A DNA stretch of 64,000 bases from Gammaproteobacteria bacterium. Its GTDB lineage: Bacteria > Pseudomonadota > Gammaproteobacteria > Ga0077554 > Ga007554. The DNA lies in assembly GCA_016191235.1 (NCBI GenBank), contig JACPOZ010000030.1, positions 3,924 to 67,923 of the forward strand, given 5' to 3'. The translations under genes and the position numbers were made by a program. How positions within the stretch are numbered: the stretch's first letter is position 1; each line of letters starts with the position of its first letter. Below, one piece after another: positions 52,817-62,280 of this stretch. The notes under the pieces are model-generated. The model was given only the letters and a program-made list of their open reading frames with translations, ran no database searches and was not told where the DNA came from.

Positions 52817-53602
52817 TCAATCCAGCGTATCTTTCCAGTAACGTACCACGGCAAATACCTCCTGCTCGGAGACAAGCCGTTTACCCGCGAATTTTTCCGC
52901 CGCTGCGATAACACCGGGAACATGGCAGCGCAGGAAAGGATTGGTGCGCAATTCAAGCTCCAGGATGGAGGGTACGGTGGGATGTCCATTCGCCCAGCAG
53001 CGTTCGGCATCCAGCAGGCGCGCCCTGATATCCGCGTTGTCCGGTTCCACCTTCATTGCAAACGTCAGATTCGCAAGGGTGTATTCATGTGCACAATATA
53101 CAAGAGTATTCTTCGGCAGCGCGGCGATTTTCTTTAGTGATTGGTGCATTTGTGCCGCCGTACCTTCAAACAATCGCCCGCAACCCGCGCCGAATAATGT
53201 ATCGCCGCAAAACAGCATGCCATGGCCGTAATAGGCAATATGTCCGGCGGTATGGCCGGGAACATCCATGACGATGAATTTTACTTTATCCCCTTGAAGT
53301 ATAATGTGATCGTTTTCACGTAACGGGTGAGTGATTTCAGGAATGCGCTCCAGCGCGGGGCCATACACTGGGATGGCGTAGCGCTGCACCAGGGTGCGTA
53401 CTCCCCCGATGTGATCGTTGTGATGGTGCGTCAATAGGATGGCGGTGGGGGTGATCGACAGCTCGGTTAACGTATCAGCGACGGGTTCGGCGTCGCCAGG
53501 GTCGACGATGACGGCATGGCGCCCCGTTTTTTTAGCGCCATCGTTACAAATCAACCAGATATAGTTGTCGGTGAAGGCCGGAATAGTGAGCACAGTAATC
53601 AT
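52817..53602 (-). CDS. gloB: Hydroxyacylglutathione hydrolase
   Basis: THHHNDHIGG, GHTAGH, GDTLFGAGCG, CAHEYT. Confidence 0.95.
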   Translation of the reverse strand: MITVLTIPAFTDNYIWLICNDGAKKTGRHAVIVDPGDAEPVADTLTELSITPTAILLTHHHNDHIGGVRTLVQRYAIPVYGPALERIPEITHPLRENDHIILQGDKVKFIVMDVPGHTAGHIAYYGHGMLFCGDTLFGAGCGRLFEGTAAQMHQSLKKIAALPKNTLVYCAHEYTLANLTFAMKVEPDNADIRARLLDAERCWANGHPTVPSILELELRTNPFLRCHVPGVIAAAEKFAGKRLVSEQEVFAVVRYWKDTLD

Positions 53603-53977
53603 GCGTGGCGATCAATGAGGTTGGAATAACAAAACATTTTATGCTCTCAGGGATTAACGGCAGGGTCAACGCCTATAGTCTGACACATCTGGTGGAAAGC
53701 ACGTTATGCTAGCAACTTGCGGACCAGAGTGATGATCCTAAAAACGGCGGTTGACCGCTATTCTGGACTGTTAGCAATATGCTTTTAATAAATTTCATCA
53801 TATCTTGCAGGTTCACCTGTTTGGTGAGGCCGCTACGGAGCGGATTACACGATTTTCAGTGCGCATGGCAGCGTTGCAACTCCTTGGAATGGAACAATCA
53901 TTCCGCGTCGTCGCGCCTTGCCCTGCACCCCGAAAACCGCACACTCCACCCCGTCCAACTGCCGTTTTTAGGATGAT

Positions 53978-54751
53978 ATGAAATCGACGTTTGATCACAG
54001 CGCACCCCCCGGACTCCGCCGGGACTTGCGTGCCTGGTATGCTCATGGCATCGGCCATCTGCTGCTGGAAACCGAACGCGCGCAACTGGATGAGGTCTTG
54101 CCCAACCTGTTCGGTTATCACCTGTTGCAGGTTGGGCGCATCCATCATGAAGATCTGCTGGCGTCCAGCCGCATCTCCCACCGGGTGGTGCTGGATATCG
54201 ATGCGGTGGCGGGGGATGCTCCTGCCAGTGTGTTGCGTGCCCGCGCGGATGATCTGCCTATCGCTTCAGACAGCGTGGATGTAGTGGTCTTGCCGCATAC
54301 CCTCGAATTTGAGTCCGATCCCCACAGCGTGTTACGGGAGACGGAGCGCATCTTGATCCCGGAGGGGCATGTGGTGGTGCTGGGATTTAATCCCTGGAGC
54401 TTTTGGGGAATATGGCGGAAGCTGTTGGCCCGCCAGGGCGCGGCACCCTGGTGCGGACGTTTTCTGGGGTTGATGCGTATCAAGGATTGGCTGGCCTTGC
54501 TGGGGTTCGATGTCATTGTGACGCGCCAATATTTTTTTCGTCCCCCCTTGCAGCGGGAAGGGGTGATGCGCAAGCTGCTGTTCATGGAAAAAGCAGGGGC
54601 GCGGTTGTGGCCCCATTTGGGCGGGGCCTACATGGTGGTGGCCAAGAAACGGGTAACCACCATGACGCCGATCAAACCGCGCTGGCGCCCCCGCCGCAGC
54701 CTGATCGCCGCCCCTGCGAGACCCTGCACGAGGAATATGAGACGTGTCTGA
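53978..54751 (+). CDS. YafS-like class I SAM methyltransferase
   Basis: [24 protein letters not shown]; between gloB and rnhA. Confidence 0.88.
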   Translation: MKSTFDHSAPPGLRRDLRAWYAHGIGHLLLETERAQLDEVLPNLFGYHLLQVGRIHHEDLLASSRISHRVVLDIDAVAGDAPASVLRARADDLPIASDSVDVVVLPHTLEFESDPHSVLRETERILIPEGHVVVLGFNPWSFWGIWRKLLARQGAAPWCGRFLGLMRIKDWLALLGFDVIVTRQYFFRPPLQREGVMRKLLFMEKAGARLWPHLGGAYMVVAKKRVTTMTPIKPRWRPRRSLIAAPARPCTRNMRRV

Positions 54752-55181
54752 TGTTGTAGAGATTTATACTGACGGGGCCTGCCGTGGCAACCCTGGCCCT
54801 GGGGGATGGGGTGCGTTGTTGCGTCATAAGGGGCGCGAGAAATCGCTCTATGGCGGTGAGCGGCTCACCACCAACAACCGCATGGAACTTATGGCGGCAA
54901 TCATGGCCCTGGAGTCGCTGAAGCGGCCTTGCGAAGTCCGCTTGACCACCGATTCTCAATATGTGAAAAAGGGGATCACGGAATGGCTGGCGAACTGGAA
55001 AAAGCGCGGCTGGAAAACCGCCGCCAAAGAGCCTGTAAAAAACGCCGACTTGTGGCAGCGTCTCGAAGCTGCGGCGCAACGTCATGATGTTGCCTGGCAC
55101 TGGGTGCGGGGACATACCGGACACGCGGAAAATGAGCTGGCCGACCAGCTTGCCAACCGTGCTATTGATGAAATGAAATAA
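54744..55181 (+). CDS. rnhA: Ribonuclease HI
   Basis: [31 protein letters not shown]. Confidence 0.97.
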   Translation: MSDVVEIYTDGACRGNPGPGGWGALLRHKGREKSLYGGERLTTNNRMELMAAIMALESLKRPCEVRLTTDSQYVKKGITEWLANWKKRGWKTAAKEPVKNADLWQRLEAAAQRHDVAWHWVRGHTGHAENELADQLANRAIDEMK

Positions 55182-55192
55182 TGAAAATGTGA

Positions 55193-55338
55193 TCCACGAA
55201 AAACACGAAAGCCACGAAAAAATGGGTTTGGCGTGCATCGGGAGATGGACGCTGGCTTTCTCGAACCTGTCTATTCTCGCCAACAACTGAACGGATAGTA
55301 TTGTAAAGATTTTTCGTGCCTTTCGTGTTTTTCGTGGA
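55193..55338. repeat. Palindromic MITE-like element between rnhA and dnaQ
   Basis: Arms TCCACGAAAAACACGAAAG.CACGAAAA / TTTTCGTG.CTTTCGTGTTTTTCGTGGA; single arms also at ~11841 and ~47509. Confidence 0.8.
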
Positions 55339-55373
55339 CGGTGCATAACGTCAATGAAATAAGGTAACTATCA

Positions 55374-56081
55374 ATGCGGCAGATCATACTTGATACTGAA
55401 ACCACCGGCCTGGACCCCGCGCAGGGGCACCGCATCATCGAAATCGGTTGCGTGGAGCTGGTCAACCGCCGCCTTACCGGCAATCACTACCATCAATACC
55501 TGCAACCCGACCGCGAGATAGATGCCGGGGCATTCGATGTCCACGGCATCAGCAATGAATTTCTCATCGACAAGCCCCGCTTTTCCGATGTGGCTGACGA
55601 GTTCCTGGATTTTATCAAAGGGGCGGAGCTTATCATCCATAACGCCCCCTTTGACATCGGCTTCATCAATGCCGAGCTTGTCTGGCTGGGGCGGTCTCAC
55701 GGCGCAGTTGCCGATCATTGCACCGTCGTTGACACCTTGGCGCTGGCCCGGAAGCTGCACCCTGGCCAGAAAAACAACCTGGACGCGCTGTGCAGGCGCT
55801 ACCAGATCGACAACAGCCGGCGCGATCTGCACGGTGCCTTGCTGGACGCCGAGATACTGGCCGACGTTTATCTGGCGATGACAGGTGGGCAGGCCAGTTT
55901 ATCCCTGGACAGTGGGCAGGACGCAGGCCAGGCATCACGCCAGGCAATCCGTCACCTTGATTCTGCCCGACCCCGCTTGAAGGTGATCCAGGCAACGGCG
56001 GCGGAGCAGGCGGCGCATGAGCGGCGCCTGGATGCCCTCGACAAGGCGAGCGGCGGAACGTGTGTCTGGCGGAACGTGTAA
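55374..56081 (+). CDS. dnaQ: DNA polymerase III epsilon subunit
   Basis: LDTETTG, HNAPFD, HGALLDAEIL. Confidence 0.96.
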   Translation: MRQIILDTETTGLDPAQGHRIIEIGCVELVNRRLTGNHYHQYLQPDREIDAGAFDVHGISNEFLIDKPRFSDVADEFLDFIKGAELIIHNAPFDIGFINAELVWLGRSHGAVADHCTVVDTLALARKLHPGQKNNLDALCRRYQIDNSRRDLHGALLDAEILADVYLAMTGGQASLSLDSGQDAGQASRQAIRHLDSARPRLKVIQATAAEQAAHERRLDALDKASGGTCVWRNV

Positions 56082-56224
56082 TTCTGTAGTTCAGACTACA
56101 AACGGCTTGGCAAATGCGGTGATGTCAAGTATGTTGATTGTTGAGCTTGTTGCTGTGTCATGAGGTTGGCTTGCGCGACCGGCTGTTGTTTGCCGGGCCA
56201 GAATTTACTGCGGAATAGAGAAAA

Positions 56225-56364
56225 GGGCACTTCTAAAAATTCGATCAAGACACGAGGGCAAGGCGGAAATGCGCGAAAAAGCGGAGTGTACACGGAGTAC
56301 ATGAGCATTTTGAGCGCATTTCCAACGCCGCCATCGTGGCTTCAGCGAATTTTTAGAGGTGCCC
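56225..56364. mobile_element. 140-bp MITE-like palindromic element
   Basis: TIR GGGCAC(T/C)TCTAAAAATTCG, 18/19 match; internal motif shared with 62095-62280. Confidence 0.75.
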
Positions 56365-56402
56365 AGAAAATAAAGAATTAATTACGGGTGGGAGGTACGG
56401 CG

Positions 56403-58247
56403 ATGAAGCGGCATAGTGTGTCGGGGTCATTTGGGAAGGGTTGCCGTTTGTTATTTTGCGGCGTGGGTATTGCCCTTGTTACCGTGGGGCACGCCGCAGA
56501 ACCGGCCGATAGCCCTCCCGCAACCGCCGCTCCTGCGCCGGAGCAAACAGTCCCGTCCCCCACGCCCGTCCCCGGTGATGCCTTAAGCCCGGACCGCCTG
56601 GTGCTGGCGGCAACTTTCGGCCATGACAAGGTAGTGCGCTACATGCTCGAACGCGGCATGGACGTAAACTCCAAGGATATGTTTGGGACTACCGCGTTGA
56701 TTGCCGCCGCCACTGCCGGTCAGGGTGAAATCGTTGACCTACTGCTCAAGGCGGGCGCCGATGTGAAAGCAGGCACCAACGTGGGGCATACTGCTCTGAT
56801 GGGTGCCATTACAAAAGGCGATGTCTCGATCACCAAACGCCTGCTCACTGCGGGTGCGGAGGTCAACGCCAAGAACAACCGTGGGGAAACCGCCTTGTTT
56901 CCTGCCGTCCAATACGGCAACCTCAGGTTGGTGGAAATGCTGCTGGCGGCGGGGGCAGACCCGAATGTAGCGAACACGCTTGCGCTTTCCGCAAGCGACA
57001 GCGGATATACACCGCTGATGTATGCCGCACGGCATGGCCTGATGTCTGCCGACGGCCCTTGGCACGACATCACCAATGCCCTGCTCGCCAAGGGGGCCGA
57101 CCCCAATCTCAGGGATACCCATGGCGGCACGGCGTTAAGCCTTGCGGAGCGCAATCAATATGCGGACATTGCGCACACCTTGAGACAGGCCGGCGCGCGC
57201 AAAGAATCGGTTTATACCAGCCTCAGCCTGGACGATGCCTTGATCAAGGCATCGAGAAACGGCGATGTTGCCAAAGTAGGCCAATTATTTGAAGAAGGCG
57301 CACGGGCAAACGTCAAAAACAGGGTCGGCGTGACACCCCTGCTGGAGGCGGCACTGGCTGGCCACACGGCGGTTGTAAAGATCCTGGTCGAGCGTGGCGC
57401 CAAAGTGAATGCCGTACCGGATGGCTTGCGTGACTGGGCCATCTCTGCCTCAAGTGTTCCACTGGCTGATCAGGACATAGTGCAAGCCGCTTCGCGCGGC
57501 GATACGGCGCTGATCATCGCCGTGCGCAATGCCCGCACCGAGACCGTGCGTTATCTGCTCGATCATGATGCGGATTTTAATCGCCCCAACCACCGGAATG
57601 AGACCGCCCTGTTTGTCGCCGCTGAATTGGGGCGCAGCGACATCATGCGCCTGATGTTAAGCAAAGGCGCGGACCCCAATGCGGTGGAGCAGGAAAACCG
57701 CACCAGTTCGTTCACCGTCGCAATGAGCACCATCGGCAGGAACACGGTGTTGATCAAGGCCGCGCAAAGCGGCCATGCCGATGTCGCACGGATTCTGCTG
57801 GATGCGGGAGCACGAGTCGATGCGCGCGGTTTTATGGGGAAAACGGCCCTGTTCTGGGCAGTGGAGCGTGGCCATGCAGCGGCTGCTCAAACGCTGCTTG
57901 AACAAAAGGCCGATCCGAATATCAAAGATGTTTCGGGACTCACTCCTCTTATGGTTGCAGCGGCGAACGGCTCCTCCAGAGTTGTGGAGCTTCTCCTGAA
58001 AAACAAGGCCGACATCAACGCCACGGAGGGCGCCGATCCTGGTGCCGGTGGCAGCGTGTTTGGCGTATCCGGCACCACGGCCTTGATATTCGCGGCCCGC
58101 GCCGGTCATGTGGAAGTTGTGCAGATGCTGTTGAAGGCCGGGGCTGATGTCAACGCCATGAACAGCAACGGCAGCAACGCCATCAAGGAGGCGGAAACGA
58201 ACGGGTATACGAAGATAGTGGAGATGTTGAAAGCCGCAGGTGCATAA
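56403..58247 (+). CDS. Secreted ankyrin-repeat protein
   Basis: Signal peptide, Pro-rich linker, many G.TAL..A...G...V..LL..GADVN repeats. Confidence 0.9.
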   Translation: MKRHSVSGSFGKGCRLLFCGVGIALVTVGHAAEPADSPPATAAPAPEQTVPSPTPVPGDALSPDRLVLAATFGHDKVVRYMLERGMDVNSKDMFGTTALIAAATAGQGEIVDLLLKAGADVKAGTNVGHTALMGAITKGDVSITKRLLTAGAEVNAKNNRGETALFPAVQYGNLRLVEMLLAAGADPNVANTLALSASDSGYTPLMYAARHGLMSADGPWHDITNALLAKGADPNLRDTHGGTALSLAERNQYADIAHTLRQAGARKESVYTSLSLDDALIKASRNGDVAKVGQLFEEGARANVKNRVGVTPLLEAALAGHTAVVKILVERGAKVNAVPDGLRDWAISASSVPLADQDIVQAASRGDTALIIAVRNARTETVRYLLDHDADFNRPNHRNETALFVAAELGRSDIMRLMLSKGADPNAVEQENRTSSFTVAMSTIGRNTVLIKAAQSGHADVARILLDAGARVDARGFMGKTALFWAVERGHAAAAQTLLEQKADPNIKDVSGLTPLMVAAANGSSRVVELLLKNKADINATEGADPGAGGSVFGVSGTTALIFAARAGHVEVVQMLLKAGADVNAMNSNGSNAIKEAETNGYTKIVEMLKAAGA

Positions 58248-58304
58248 GGCCTGTCAGAACGGGTTCTGAAACACAATCTGGAAGGTGCGAAAAATGGTTA
58301 CACA

Positions 58305-58718
58305 ATGACAGAAAAAGTGATAATGGCGGTGGTCGTCTTGTCGACCTACCTCCTCATGCTCGCCGCCTTCTTCCGGCCGCAACACCGCAAGTTCCACGTC
58401 TCGACGATGATCTTCGTCATGTTGTTTGATATGGGCATACCTGTTTATCTCTATTTCTATCGTGACTGGTATACCCGCCTGTTTGTGCATGGAGATATCG
58501 AATCCTTCCTGGTATGGATGCATGTCATCCTGGTGTTGTCCCTCTACATCCTGTACGTATTCCAGGTCCAGATCGGGCGCAAGCTGTTGCGCGGCGACGC
58601 CGAGGCCAGTCTGCGGATAGAGCACCGTGGGCAGGGGAAAGGTATACTGGTGACGAGGGCGCTGGCGATCCTGACAGGGGCGCTATTGATAGAACCGGAT
58701 CCGGCTGCCAGGGGTTAA
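58305..58718 (+). CDS. Small 4-TM membrane protein (DUF420-like)
   Basis: Hydrophobic helices with His residues (HRKFH, MHVIL, IEHR). Confidence 0.55.
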   Translation: MTEKVIMAVVVLSTYLLMLAAFFRPQHRKFHVSTMIFVMLFDMGIPVYLYFYRDWYTRLFVHGDIESFLVWMHVILVLSLYILYVFQVQIGRKLLRGDAEASLRIEHRGQGKGILVTRALAILTGALLIEPDPAARG

Positions 58719-58786
58719 TGCGCCTTTCCGGATGCTCGCTATCCCAGCTTAGGGTTATTAACCAAAATCCAACAGGAGATTGCAAC

Positions 58787-59242
58787 ATGAAAAAACCAGC
58801 AGCCTTCGTCACCCTGCTCGTCTTGGGTATGAATGGCGTGGCACTTGCCGAAACAGCGAAACAGGAAAAATCAGCGATGACAGAAACAACCAAAACTACC
58901 CAACTGGTGAAAACCGACGTCAAGGTGGGCACAGGGAAAGAGGCTGTGCCCAACAAACTGGTGATCGTGCATTACACCGGCTGGCTCTACGACCCCAAGG
59001 CCCCCAACAACCATGGCGCCAAGTTTGACAGCTCGCGCGATCGCGGCCAGCCATTCGACTTTCTGCTGGGCGGTGGACAGGTCATCAAGGGATGGGATCA
59101 AGGCGTGGCGGGCATGAAAGCAGGCGGTCAGCGCACTTTGATTATTCCACCTGAGATGGGCTATGGCGCACGTGGTGCGGGCGGCGTGATTCCACCCAAT
59201 GCCACGCTGGTGTTTGATGTGGAACTGCTCGACGTTAAATAA
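58787..59242 (+). CDS. FKBP-type peptidyl-prolyl isomerase
   Basis: [33 protein letters not shown]; signal peptide; SD AGGAG. Confidence 0.93.
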   Translation: MKKPAAFVTLLVLGMNGVALAETAKQEKSAMTETTKTTQLVKTDVKVGTGKEAVPNKLVIVHYTGWLYDPKAPNNHGAKFDSSRDRGQPFDFLLGGGQVIKGWDQGVAGMKAGGQRTLIIPPEMGYGARGAGGVIPPNATLVFDVELLDVK

Positions 59243-59324
59243 ATAAGTCGACGCCCTTCCCCCTCATGCGAGAGGGAAGGGCCGGAGTGGTGCTAAGATA
59301 CCCTATTTCAAAGGGTTCAAAACC

Positions 59325-60326
59325 ATGCCGCACTCCAACCTGCTCTACCAGGATCTCACCCCGGACCGGTTGCTCAACGCCGTCGAGAGCATCGGGTTAC
59401 GCTGTGATGGCCGGATGCTCGCGCTCAACAGCTACGAGAACCGCGTCTACCAGCTTGGTATCGAGGACGGTGCGCCAGTTATCGCCAAGTTTTACCGCCC
59501 CAACCGCTGGTCAAACGAGGCGATTCTCGAAGAACACGCCTTTACGCTGGAGCTTGCCGGCCGCGAGATCCCGGTAGTCGCGCCGCTTGTCGATGAGGCA
59601 GGCCATACGCTTCATGAATTCGAGGGTTTCCGTTTCGCCCTCTTTCCGCGCCATGCGGGCCGCACGCCCGAGCTGGATGACCCCGATACGCTGGAGTGGA
59701 TGGGCCGCTTCATTGGCCGCATCCATGCCGTGGGCGCCATCGCGCCGTTCCTTCACCGTCCCACGCTCGATATCGAGAGCTTCGGTGACGAGCCCTTTCA
59801 CTTTCTTATGGGGCACGGCTTCATCCCGCCCGATCTGGAACTGAGCTATCGCAGCGTGGCAGAGGATGTGCTTGCGCGGGTACGCGAATGCTATGCACAA
59901 ACCGCCGGAATTACCACCCTCCGCCTGCACGGCGATTGCCATGCCGGCAACATCCTCTGGACGGAGGCCGGCCCGCACTTCGTGGATTTTGATGACTGCC
60001 GCATGGGTCCGGCGATACAGGATCTCTGGATGCTGCTCTCCGGCGACCGCGCCGCCATGAACGCCCAGTTGCTTTACGTCATCGACGGCTACAGCGAATT
60101 TTATGATTTCAACCCTGCGGAGTTGCGGCTGGTGGAGGCGCTACGCAGTCTGCGTATCATCCACTATTCCGGCTGGCTCGCCCGCCGCTGGGAAGATCCA
60201 GCGTTCAAGATGGCCTTCCCCTGGTTTAATACCCAGCACTACTGGCAGAACCAGATCCTCGCCTTGCGCGAGCAGATGGCGGCGCTGGACGAGCCGCCGT
60301 TGCAGCTACTCCCAGGGTATGCTTGA
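59325..60326 (+). CDS. srkA: Stress response kinase SrkA/RdoA (YihE)
   Basis: LNSYENRVY, KFYRP.RWS, LHGDCHAGN, DFDD, WEDPAF. Confidence 0.93.
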   Translation: MPHSNLLYQDLTPDRLLNAVESIGLRCDGRMLALNSYENRVYQLGIEDGAPVIAKFYRPNRWSNEAILEEHAFTLELAGREIPVVAPLVDEAGHTLHEFEGFRFALFPRHAGRTPELDDPDTLEWMGRFIGRIHAVGAIAPFLHRPTLDIESFGDEPFHFLMGHGFIPPDLELSYRSVAEDVLARVRECYAQTAGITTLRLHGDCHAGNILWTEAGPHFVDFDDCRMGPAIQDLWMLLSGDRAAMNAQLLYVIDGYSEFYDFNPAELRLVEALRSLRIIHYSGWLARRWEDPAFKMAFPWFNTQHYWQNQILALREQMAALDEPPLQLLPGYA

Positions 60327-60363
60327 CATCTGTTTGTATCTTATGGTACAAAAATAGTACCAT
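60323..60363 (+). promoter_or_regulatory. Putative sigma-70 promoter and operator of the TA operon
   Basis: TTGACA-N18-TACAAA with the inverted repeat ATGGTAC-N7-GTACCAT over the -10. Confidence 0.6.
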
Positions 60364-60386
60364 TTGATTCATGGCCGAGGACGACA

Positions 60387-60794
60387 ATGAATGCCATTAT
60401 CCCGATCCCGCCAAGAAAGGCTGATATTCACGGTAAACAGGGCCGCGAGAGCCTGGCCAGGATGGTGGTGAAACTGTTTGAGCTTTGGGGACTCAACACC
60501 GGTGATCAAGCGGCCTTGCTCGGGCTTTCCAGCGACTCACGTTCAACCGTGGCACGTTATAAAAAGGGCAGCCCGCTCGCTGATAATGCCGACCTCATCG
60601 GGCGCGCCGGGCATCTGCTGGGTATACACAAATCCCTGCGCATTCTGTTTCCGCATAATCGCGATCTGGCTTACCGCTGGGTCGCCACCCCTAACCGCAG
60701 GTTTGATGGCCAAACCCCGCTTTCCATCATGACCAAGGGCTACGAAGGCCTGCTCGCCGTGCGTAGGTATCTTGATTTCGAGCGTGGCCGCTAG
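60387..60794 (+). CDS. Xre/MbcA/ParS-type antitoxin
   Basis: N-terminal HTH (QAALLG), C-terminal W...PN..FDGQTPL...VRRYLD. Confidence 0.85.
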   Translation: MNAIIPIPPRKADIHGKQGRESLARMVVKLFELWGLNTGDQAALLGLSSDSRSTVARYKKGSPLADNADLIGRAGHLLGIHKSLRILFPHNRDLAYRWVATPNRRFDGQTPLSIMTKGYEGLLAVRRYLDFERGR

Positions 60795-60798
60795 CGCC

Positions 60799-61497
60799 AT
60801 GATATATGGCGAGCTGATTTCCGCAGCCGTGGATTTTCACCGGCATCTCATCAGAAATATCAAAGGCATCCGCGAATCCCAGGCGATTTTTGATGATCTC
60901 GCCGAGAGCGAGGCAGAGATGCGCGTGGCGATTGCCGTCGAATCGGCGGACTTGATCGAAAGCCATGCGCCACTGATTACCCGTCCGTTCGATTATGGCA
61001 CAGTCATCACCTATCCCTTCCTGAATCACAACTGGCAGCAGACACGCTTTAGCAACGGCACCCGCTACGGTGTATGGTACGGCTCGCTGGATGTAGAAAC
61101 CACGGTTTACGAGTCGTCCTATCATTGGTATCGCTTTGTCATGGACAGCTATGCGCAGGAAAATACCGTCATCATAGCGGAGCGGCGGGTTTTTAACGTG
61201 CAGTGCGATGCCATCCTGATCGACTTGCGCGGTAAGGAGAAAAATTATCCGCAACTTGTCGCCACACATGATTATGTTTACACGCAGCAACTGGGTGCCT
61301 ATCTCCAGCAGAAAAACCAGAATGGCCTGCTGGTCAAATCCGCCCGTTGTGATGGCGTGAATGGTACGATTTTTACGCCGGAAGTTTTATCCCATCCATC
61401 CGATGTCTGTTATCTTACCTATACAATGAATCCGGTAGCGGCTGAGATCCTGATTGAAAGGCAGCGTGGCTTGCCGTGGTTTACGATTACAATGTAA
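60799..61497 (+). CDS. RES-domain toxin
   Basis: RFSNG..YGVWYG...TTVYE, GLLVKSAR; directly follows the antitoxin. Confidence 0.82.
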   Translation: MIYGELISAAVDFHRHLIRNIKGIRESQAIFDDLAESEAEMRVAIAVESADLIESHAPLITRPFDYGTVITYPFLNHNWQQTRFSNGTRYGVWYGSLDVETTVYESSYHWYRFVMDSYAQENTVIIAERRVFNVQCDAILIDLRGKEKNYPQLVATHDYVYTQQLGAYLQQKNQNGLLVKSARCDGVNGTIFTPEVLSHPSDVCYLTYTMNPVAAEILIERQRGLPWFTITM

Positions 61498-61534
61498 TTC
61501 CCTCCTGCTTAATGGCTGCGCAATCCGAAAAAAC

Positions 61535-61710
61535 ATGATCCATATCACACGCACCATCGCCATCGACGAAAGCGAAATCGAAGAACACTTTATCCGCGCA
61601 TGCCCCGCAAAAAAACCAAGCCAACGCTCGCCTCGAAAAAACGCCGCCTGGAGGGCAAACGCCGCCGCGGTGAGGCCAAACGCAGCCGGGGGGTTGTTTC
61701 TGATGAGTGA
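61535..61710 (+). pseudogene. arfB: ArfB (YaeJ) remnant lacking the GGQ core
   Basis: MIHITRTIAIDESEIEEHFIRA joined out of frame to RKKTKPTLASKKRRLEGKRRRGEAKRSR. Confidence 0.75.
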
Positions 61711-61753
61711 GGCCTTGGTTCTGTGTGATGAGCGTAATCGAATATGTAAATGT

Positions 61754-61782
61754 AAAAAAGAAGGGGTGCTTGCGCACCCCTT
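61754..61782 (-). terminator. Intrinsic terminator
   Basis: AAGGGGTGC-GCAA-GCACCCCTT-CTTTTTT on the minus strand. Confidence 0.8.
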
Positions 61783-61837
61783 TTAAGTGGGAGGTTTAAA
61801 ACAAGCGTGTCACACAAGGAGGGGGAGTATGACACGC
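61754..61837 (-). ncRNA. Candidate sigma-54-dependent sRNA with anti-SD loops
   Basis: 5' hairpin with loop UCCCCCUCCUU, linker ACCUCCC, intrinsic terminator; -24/-12 promoter directly upstream. Confidence 0.7.
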
Positions 61838-61846
61838 TTAACATGG

Positions 61847-61926
61847 TGCATAAGCTGTGCCATTGATTCTATTGGCCGCGCGCAGGAATGCGCGGGGCTT
61901 GCGAGACACTCACAATATATTGATTT
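61847..61926 (-). promoter_or_regulatory. Sigma-54 promoter plus IHF site
   Basis: TGGCACAGCTTATGCA (GG-N10-GC) at 61862-61847; AATCAATATATTG (WATCAANNNNTTR) at ~61925-61913. Confidence 0.7.
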
Positions 61927-62094
61927 TTATATAAAAAAATATGATCGTTGATAGTTTTCGGTTCAGCGAGGGTAGGCGCGCCCTGTTTTTTAGGTGCCTA
62001 CTGAAGTGGAATACTGGCGAAATTTGGGCGTTTTTTGCACGGTTTCAAGGTGTAATATTTGTCGTGCGCCAAGAAAACGTTCATTGGTTGGCTC

Positions 62095-62280
62095 AGAACC
62101 TGTTCAAGATCTCGATCAAGGGAAGAGCGCAAGCGAAGGGTTCCCAGTGCAAGGCAAAATCGAACGAAAAAGCGGAGCATACATGAAGTCTGCCGCTTCA
62201 CGGCCCCGCATTTTGAGTTCGCCCTTATATATTAAGGTAACGCCGCAATGCGCCCTTCAGCGAGATATTGAACAGGTTCT
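62095..62280. mobile_element. 186-bp MITE-like element abutting the spoVR stop
   Basis: TIR AGAACCTGTTCAA(G/T)ATCTCG, 19/20 match. Confidence 0.75.

Noticed and set aside
56082..56224. Possible tRNA after dnaQ, a common integration site
   Set aside because: No T-loop GTTCRA with cloverleaf and CCA end found by eye.
61454..61786. 110-aa ORF as a real protein
   Set aside because: Chimeric reading of the arfB remnant plus flanking DNA.
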